Source of the DNA: Thermodesulfobacteriota bacterium
GTDB lineage: Bacteria > Desulfobacterota > Desulfobacteria > Desulfobacterales > C00003060
DNA length: 57,174 nucleotides
Assembly: GCA_034189385.1 (NCBI GenBank)
Contig: JAXHVD010000026.1
Coordinates: forward strand, 1 to 57,174
Direction: 5' to 3'
The notes under the pieces are model-generated. The model saw nothing but the letters and a program-made list of their open reading frames with translations. It did not search any database and was not told where the DNA came from. Of this stretch, positions 52,068-57,174 are shown in pieces (positions within the stretch are counted from its first letter, which is position 1; every line of letters starts with the position of its first letter). A program made the position numbers and the translations under genes.

Positions 52068-52394
52068 ATGAAGAAGGATAGAACCATCCCTAAATTCAAA
52101 AACGAAGACGAAGAACGTGAATTCTGGGCCACGCATTCTCCGCTTGATTATTTTGAGACAAGAGACGTCAAAAGAGCTTCTTTCCCCAAGCTAAAGCCAT
52201 CGCTAAAATCAATCTCAATTCGTCTCCCGGAGAGTATGCTGGCTGAACTAAAGACCCTCGCAAACAAGAAAGACGTGCCATACCAAAGTCTGGCAAAAAT
52301 CTACCTTGCCAGACAGATTTCCTTAGAGCGTGGATCTTTCCGTATGGCTCCGAAAAAGAGAAGCCAGAAACCTGATGCCCCACCAGGCCGATGA
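52068..52394 (+). CDS. BrnA/CopG-like (RHH) antitoxin, orphan
   Basis: IPKFKNEDEEREFW.TH...KSISIRLP...A....VPYQSL. Confidence 0.85.
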   Translation: MKKDRTIPKFKNEDEEREFWATHSPLDYFETRDVKRASFPKLKPSLKSISIRLPESMLAELKTLANKKDVPYQSLAKIYLARQISLERGSFRMAPKKRSQKPDAPPGR

Positions 52395-52429
52395 ACCAGA
52401 CCGACAAAGCTTGTGCTTTTTCCGTTAGA

Positions 52430-52552
52430 GACTTCATGTTTCAGTTGACAGGTGAAGCGTACGAGAACTTGAAATCACAAACTGTGATTTCAAGTTGATG
52501 AGGGTCTCGCAGGGCCAGACCGTACGCTTTTACCAAACAAGGAGTCGCCATG
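52430..52552 (+). pseudogene. ORF6N-domain gene remnant
   Basis: Manual translation DFMFQLTGEAYENLKSQTVISS**GSRRARPYAFTKQGVAM, homologous to the intact gene at 55772. Confidence 0.8.
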
Positions 52553-52566
52553 ACCGTCTGCGCCTG

Positions 52567-52597
52567 CCCCGTTGAATCCCGGATTGTTCAACCGGGG
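52567..52597. repeat. REP-like hairpin CCCCGT..AA...TT..A.CGGGG
   Basis: Related hairpins at 56364-56396 and (interrupted) 51372-51426. Confidence 0.6.
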
Positions 52598-52643
52598 TTT
52601 GTCTGCGCTTGCTCCCGGCAGAGAAGATCTCCAAAGAAAATGC

Positions 52644-52673
52644 TTGACAAAAAGTATCAATTGATACTATTTT
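52644..52673 (+). promoter_or_regulatory. Sigma-70 promoter with a perfect palindromic operator
   Basis: TTGACA at 52644; AGTATCAATTGATACT at 52653-52668; ATG at 52677 without an RBS. Confidence 0.75.
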
Positions 52674-52676
52674 GAT

Positions 52677-53036
52677 ATGAAAAGACCGTCCCATAAGGAG
52701 CTGTCTAAGAAGATTCGAGAGGCGAAACAAGCGGTCGGTACAGGGCGTATTGCCATATTAAATCAATCTGTTATTGCCTGTGACGCCCTAAAGCTCGGCT
52801 ACCTGATTGAAGAGGATCTGGTCAGTGTGCTTTCAAGCCTCTTGGATGAAATTTCGCCGGAAAACTATGTTGGGAAACGACCGCCGGAGAAGTCCTACGA
52901 AGAAGAGATTAAGGATTTGTATTTGTATGCCTTCAAAATAAAAAGCAGCTGGTTCAGATGCAGGGTTTATCTGAAATTCACCCTTACCGGCGGCAACCTT
53001 TGGCTCGTTTCTTTGCACCAAGACAGAGAGAAATGA
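52677..53036 (+). CDS. Putative type II TA toxin (MqsR/RelE-like)
   Basis: Basic 119-aa protein ending VYLKF...WLVSLH, upstream of an MqsA-like gene. Confidence 0.7.
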   Translation: MKRPSHKELSKKIREAKQAVGTGRIAILNQSVIACDALKLGYLIEEDLVSVLSSLLDEISPENYVGKRPPEKSYEEEIKDLYLYAFKIKSSWFRCRVYLKFTLTGGNLWLVSLHQDREK

Positions 53037-53045
53037 GGAGAAAGC

Positions 53046-53867
53046 ATGGCAATCAAGAAAATGACATGCCCTAAAGGCCATGGCAACATGGAGCCCACAA
53101 AGATTAGAAAAACCACTAATTTCCGGGGCGTTGATGTGGGCTACAAGACGGATGGCTATGTCTGCCCTGATTGTGGCCTTGAAGCAGCCACCGTTGCCCA
53201 GGCCGCTAAGACACAGCGCGCCATATCAGACGCCTATCGGAAAAAGATGGATTTGCTCACGGGCGAGGAGATACGAAGCCTGAGAAAAGAAAAAGGGTTA
53301 ACCCAGCAAGACCTCGCGGACCTGATGAAGGTGGGTGTCGCCAGCATCAAAAGATGGGAAACTGGGCTGATACAGAGCAAGGTCATGGACCATGCACTGA
53401 GGGTCCACCTACAAGGCCCAGAATTCACGAACATCCATTCCGGCAACCGGGAGTTATCCATACCCCGTATAAAGCTTGTGATCCGGACGTTAGAAAAGCG
53501 TTTGCGCAGGAGGCTATTGAAAAAAACGGATAAGATGCTGTTTGCCGCGAAATACCTGTGGTATGCCGACATGCTTGCATTCAGAACTTTGGGAGCAAGT
53601 ATGACAGGCGCACAGTACGCTGCACTGCCCTATGGTCCGCAACTGAACAATTACAGTGATCTTGTTGATGAGATCAAGAAGGCCGATGAGAAGTCCGCGG
53701 AACCCATCTCTGAAGAGGAGACGAGGATCATAGAGAGGATCGTCAAGGCCTTCCCAAGGGAACAGATGGTTTACGATGCAGCACACCGGGAGGTGGTTTG
53801 GAAAAGGACGCCTGTTGGAGCATCTATTCCCTATGCTTGTACCTCAGAGTTGACGGAGATTAGATAA
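53046..53867 (+). CDS. MqsA-like antitoxin (Zn ribbon + Xre HTH) with C-terminal DUF4065/Panacea-like domain
   Basis: CPKG...CPDCG, LTGEEIR..R...GLTQ.DLA.L..VG..SIKRWE, KYLWYAD......SMTG..Y.ALPYGP. Confidence 0.85.
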   Translation: MAIKKMTCPKGHGNMEPTKIRKTTNFRGVDVGYKTDGYVCPDCGLEAATVAQAAKTQRAISDAYRKKMDLLTGEEIRSLRKEKGLTQQDLADLMKVGVASIKRWETGLIQSKVMDHALRVHLQGPEFTNIHSGNRELSIPRIKLVIRTLEKRLRRRLLKKTDKMLFAAKYLWYADMLAFRTLGASMTGAQYAALPYGPQLNNYSDLVDEIKKADEKSAEPISEEETRIIERIVKAFPREQMVYDAAHREVVWKRTPVGASIPYACTSELTEIR

Positions 53868-54034
53868 AGGGGATCAGGCATGGGGAAAGAACTGCGACCA
53901 GGTGAGAGGGAGTGGCGGTGAATGAGAGCAGGAAGGACAGGGGGCAGAAGGCAGATGGCGGTGGGCAGATGACGGTGAAAGAAGCGGCGGCTGGTGCGTG
54001 AACGGATTGAGACGTTGCGGGCGTTGCAAGTTCC

Positions 54035-54250
54035 CTCCGTCAGCCCTAGAAATTGTTACAAAAGCCACAGACAGGATGATCAAAAGTGACATATATTTAA
54101 ATATAATTTAATAGCATATAAATTGTAAATAGGTTAAAGAACATATCTTTTATCTATAAAATATATACAGATATCTTACACATTTTCCCTTTCCTGACCC
54201 GGACCGAAGTGAATGTGGAAAAGTAAAGGGCGCGCAAGTCATTCGGAAGA
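54035..54250 (+). repeat. AT-rich repeat A, copy 3 (with tail motif)
   Basis: Homologous to 46154 and 51054; tail GGACCGAAGTGAATGTGG..AAGGGCG also at 55651. Confidence 0.9.
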
Positions 54251-54256
54251 ACCGGA

Positions 54257-54904
54257 ATCGGGTAGGAGGAGGGCTCACGCCCTCCGTCCTCCCACACCAC
54301 CGTACGTACGGTTCCGTATACGGCGGTTCCTGCCATCTCCAGCGCTCTTGACATCATCGCCCAATGCCTTTTAAGCACCCAGCCTTACCTCTCGGCATTC
54401 CGTCCGATACTTCCGGCTTCAGGCTCTCTTGCGAGACATCTGCTCAAAGCTATTGGAGAGTCCGCCCAGCCTTTAACGACAGGTTTGGCCCTTCATCGGA
54501 TGCTTAGGCCGACTACTATGGCCTCGGCTGACTTCTGTTCTCCTTTCCCACCACCTCTCGATGGTAGTAGCACATGGCAGGACAACAGATCTCCCAGGGT
54601 AAGGCGCCGGACCTTCACACTTATACCCGCCGCATTTACGTACGTGCTTTCCGTGCAAGTATCGGGCTTTGAAGATAATTGCCTTCTCACCCAGCACGAC
54701 CGCCTCATATGGGATTCCTGTTCGTCGGGTCAGTGCTTTGCCTGCGGCTTCCTTCAGATTCCACCTCGCGGTGGACACCCTTGCCGTCCGGCTAACCGTT
54801 CCCCTTGCCGGGCCGGTAGAGGATTTTCACCTCCAAGTCATCCAATTGCCACCATAGCAACTCGATGGCACCAGCAATGGCGCCGCGCGCCATGCCTGGC
54901 GCAC
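54257..54904 (-). mobile_element. ORF-less group II intron, class IIC-like (648 nt)
   Basis: 5' GTGCGCCAGGCATGG; DV GAACCGCCGTATACGGAACCGTACGTACGGTGGTGTG with CGC triad; DVI ending CCTACCCGAT; DIII-like GAAGTCAGCCGAGGCCATAGTAG; no RT ORF in DIV. Confidence 0.92.
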
Positions 54905-54983
54905 AATGTTTTGTCGAATCATGCGACATGTTGAAAAAACGTGTCGCATGTGCTTGAACGATTCGACACGTAAAAACATTGTG
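54905..54983. other. Long imperfect hairpin forming the intron's 5' exon (target structure)
   Basis: AATGTTTT-GTCGAATC-ATGCGACATGTT...AACGTGTCGCAT...GATTCGAC...AAAACATT. Confidence 0.75.
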
Positions 54984-55024
54984 TCCAACCAATGGGCTAC
55001 CTCGCAACGCTCAAAGTGAAAACC

Positions 55025-55321
55025 ATGCCTTTTAGCAAAGACAAACCCTACAACGAACTCCCCCTTCTCCCGCCCGCTGCGCCCTTGGAAACCACGGCTA
55101 TTCTGAAGAAAGCTGTCTCGGCCCACCGTCAGCTGCTGGAACTCCTTTTCGAGCGTCCTTACTGCAAGGTGAAGTTTCTTGTTGATCGAGATATTGCAAA
55201 GCGACAGAGAGCTGCTGTCTATTTGAAAACCTTAGAGGAGATTGGCGTGCTCAGAAAGAAGAAAGTCGGCAAGGAGAATCTCTATCTGAATGTGAATCTC
55301 TATGAGCTGCTCGCACAATAA
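55025..55321 (+). pseudogene. Internally deleted Fic-family gene (N-terminal stub fused in frame to the C-terminal wHTH)
   Basis: PYNELPLLPP...ET..ILK....A.R joined to LLELLFERPYCK......IAKRQ.A..YLK.L..IG.L...KVGKE; no HPF.DGNGR motif. Confidence 0.75.
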
Positions 55322-55428
55322 CGGGAGGATGATCAGGGAATCGGATAAATGGCTCATCAAGTAGTCTCCGGTTCCCCAGCTCGCAGGATCCCCTCCTCCT
55401 CATCTTCTCTGTGGCAAAACAACCCTCA

Positions 55429-55516
55429 CTCGTAACTCGCAACCCATGAACTCGCAACCCAGAACTCATCTTCTAGGGCCCCAACGGGGCGATTACCCTT
55501 TAAAATCCTTGACAAA
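55429..55516 (+). repeat. Repeat B, copy 2
   Basis: Near-identical to 47359-47440. Confidence 0.88.
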
Positions 55517-55640
55517 ATTTGTCCTTGTGGTCTAAAATTTTTAAGTTTTTCCAGCAATCCGTGAACCCCAACAAAGAGAGTGCCATGCACGAGAGAAAGA
55601 AACCCTGTTTCTCTAAAAGAGAGCGGGGTTTTTGTCTTCT
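55509..55640 (+). ncRNA. Candidate sRNA/attenuator element C (promoter + ~90 nt + terminator)
   Basis: TTGACA-18-TAAAAT; core ACCCCAACAAAGAGAGTGCCATGCAC; terminator AAACCCTGTTTCTC-TAAAA-GAGAGCGGGGTTTTT. Confidence 0.55.
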
Positions 55641-55771
55641 TGCCGCTGCGGGCCGAAGTGAATGTGGGAATTTGAAAGGCGTCGCGCAAATCTATCCGGT
55701 AATATGAAAAACAGACTCTGTGTGAGACCTGGCTGGATGGGTCTGCGGCAAAAGAACCGACCGAGGGGAGT

Positions 55772-56332
55772 ATGGTGATACAAAAACAAATCGTTCCTGT
55801 TGAACAGGTGGAGCGGATGATCTTCCTACTCCGCGGCCAGAAAGTCATGGTGGATGCGGATTTGGCTACACTGTACGGTATACCAACCAAGGTGTTGAAC
55901 CAGGCTGTTACACGGAATAAAAGGCGCTTCCCTTCGGATTTCATGTTTCGACTGACAAAAGAAGAAAGGCATGAACTGGTCACAAATTGTGACCGGTTGC
56001 AGAGGCTGAAACACTCTTCGGCCTTCCCCCGCGCATTTACCGAGCAGGGTGTTGCCATGCTTTCAACTGTGCTTAACAGCGATCGAGCGATTCAAGTCAA
56101 CATTGAGATCATGCGGGGATTTGTAAGCCTCCGGCAGATGTTGGATGCCCATAAAGACCTCAGACGGAAGTTGGCCGAGCTGGAGAAAAAATATGACGAC
56201 CAGTTTAAGATTGTCTTTGAGGCCATGGCTGAGCTAATGACTCCGCCTGAGAAGCCTCGCAGAAGGATTGGTTTTGAGGCTAAGGAGAGAAAAGCGCCTT
56301 ATGGGAAAAGGGGGAAGAAAAGGAAAGGGTGA
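55772..56332 (+). CDS. ORF6N-domain protein
   Basis: [42 protein letters not shown]. Confidence 0.92.
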   Translation: MVIQKQIVPVEQVERMIFLLRGQKVMVDADLATLYGIPTKVLNQAVTRNKRRFPSDFMFRLTKEERHELVTNCDRLQRLKHSSAFPRAFTEQGVAMLSTVLNSDRAIQVNIEIMRGFVSLRQMLDAHKDLRRKLAELEKKYDDQFKIVFEAMAELMTPPEKPRRRIGFEAKERKAPYGKRGKKRKG

Positions 56333-56518
56333 CGCCAGGGTTTAGGCCAAATCGCCGTCCCTGCCCCGTTAAATGCACCATCCTATTTACCCGGGGTCAG
56401 CGATTTTGCCTAAGAAACTCTGCGCCCCTGTGGGCTCTGTGAGAGACCTGTCTGCGTTTGTCTGCGTGGGTCTGTGGCTAATCAAGTGCGCTTACCATTT
56501 AAAATCCTTGACAAATCC

Positions 56519-56651
56519 TTGACAAAGGCCCTTCATGGTGCTACCCTCTCGCCGTTTGTTTTCGTGATTTGATAACCCCAACAAAGAGAGTGCCATGCAC
56601 TAGACGCCAAAACCCCGTTTCTCGAAAAGAGAGCGGGGTTTTTGTCTTTTT
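56519..56651 (+). ncRNA. Candidate sRNA/attenuator element C, second intact copy
   Basis: TTGACA-17-TACCCT with upstream TG; same 26-nt core; terminator AAAACCCCGTTTCTC-GAAAA-GAGAGCGGGGTTTTT. Confidence 0.55.
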
Positions 56652-56737
56652 GAGGGCTTTTGTTACAAGAACCGGTGGTAGGTGTTAGGCCTGTTAAGTG
56701 GGCGATAACGTGCCGCAGAACTGACAAGGCTTTCTAC

Positions 56738-57174
56738 ATGACGCTCACAGAAGCGGAAACCCGACGAAAGATCATCGACAAGAAGCTCCGCCTTGCAGGA
56801 TGGGATGTGACTGATCCCTCTCAGGTTACGGAGGAGCTTGATATAGACTTGTCCGGTGCAGGTATCTCCTCTGTAGGTGAGCCAAAGACACCCTATGGGG
56901 GCCACCAATTCGCTGACTACGGTCTCCTATTTCATGCAAAACCCCTTGCCGTTGTGGAGGCCAAGAAGACATCAAAAGACGCTGCCCTTGGAAAGGAGCA
57001 GGCCCTCCAGTACGCCCAGAACCTCCAGAAAATTCACGGCGGCCCCATACCATTTATCTTCTATACCAACGGCCATGACATTTACTGCTGGGAGTCAGAC
57101 TTTTACCCGCCTTCCAAGACTTATGGCTTTCCTACCCATGACGACCTTGAGTGGATGCACCAGCGGCGACAGAC
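56738..57174 (+). CDS. hsdR: Type I restriction enzyme R subunit, N-terminal part (runs off the window)
   Basis: Manual translation MTLTEAETRRKIIDKKLRLAGW...FADYGL...LAVVEAKK...GKEQALQYA...FYTNG. Confidence 0.88.
   Translation, partial: MTLTEAETRRKIIDKKLRLAGWDVTDPSQVTEELDIDLSGAGISSVGEPKTPYGGHQFADYGLLFHAKPLAVVEAKKTSKDAALGKEQALQYAQNLQKIHGGPIPFIFYTNGHDIYCWESDFYPPSKTYGFPTHDDLEWMHQRRQ

Noticed and set aside
52498..52503. Selenocysteine at TGA TGA in the ORF6N fragment
   Set aside because: Corresponds to non-Cys residues in a truncated remnant lacking a start
46154..54250. CRISPR array or leader (AT-rich repeats)
   Set aside because: No regularly spaced 25-45 bp repeats with spacers follow any copy, and no cas genes are in the window
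46968..54904. Diversity-generating retroelement (Avd-like four-helix bundle plus retroelement)
   Set aside because: No reverse transcriptase and no TR/VR pair with adenine-specific mismatches seen
54154..54934. ORFs within the intron as a maturase
   Set aside because: Short, no RT (YADD) motifs, and they overlap structural RNA domains
46154..57174. Integron/CALIN array
   Set aside because: No integrase and no attC-type hairpins after the genes; the isolated GTTAGGC/GTTAAGT near 56684-56699 lack a matching inverse core

Overview
About 57 kb of chromosomal DNA from an anaerobic bacterium, probably Desulfobacterota/deltaproteobacterial (inferred from gene content). (1) 1-7.9 kb, minus strand: a partial 2-oxoacid:ferredoxin oxidoreductase alpha gene, a Zn/Fe-ribbon protein, and a GNAT-AcuC-Acs-DUF2156 acetyl-CoA synthetase control cluster. 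(2) About 7-34 kb, all minus strand: a large oxygen-defence island. It carries rubrerythrin, desulfoferrodoxin, three rubredoxin variants, FprA, a selenocysteine peroxiredoxin, Ni-SOD, flavodoxin, tandem octaheme HAO-like cytochromes, TlpA and an AhpE-like Prx. These are co-oriented with a glycoside hydrolase(GH63)-DUF547 fusion, glk, pgl, zwf and gnd, whose cofactor fingerprints look NAD(H)-type. A sigma-54 activator heads the block. (3) 34-46 kb: housekeeping genes, including rpmH-rnpA-yidD-yidC-jag-mnmE with no adjacent dnaA or mnmG. (4) 46-57 kb: a mosaic hotspot of small modules (a DUF2892 selenoprotein candidate, a four-helix-bundle pseudogene, CBS/E1alpha/E1beta/hydrolase, HicBA, an orphan BrnA-like gene, an MqsRA-like TA pair with a Panacea domain, a deleted Fic, ORF6N and hsdR). 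The modules are separated by several recurring non-coding elements and an ORF-less group IIC intron. All calls come from reading the sequence and motifs; no database search was run.
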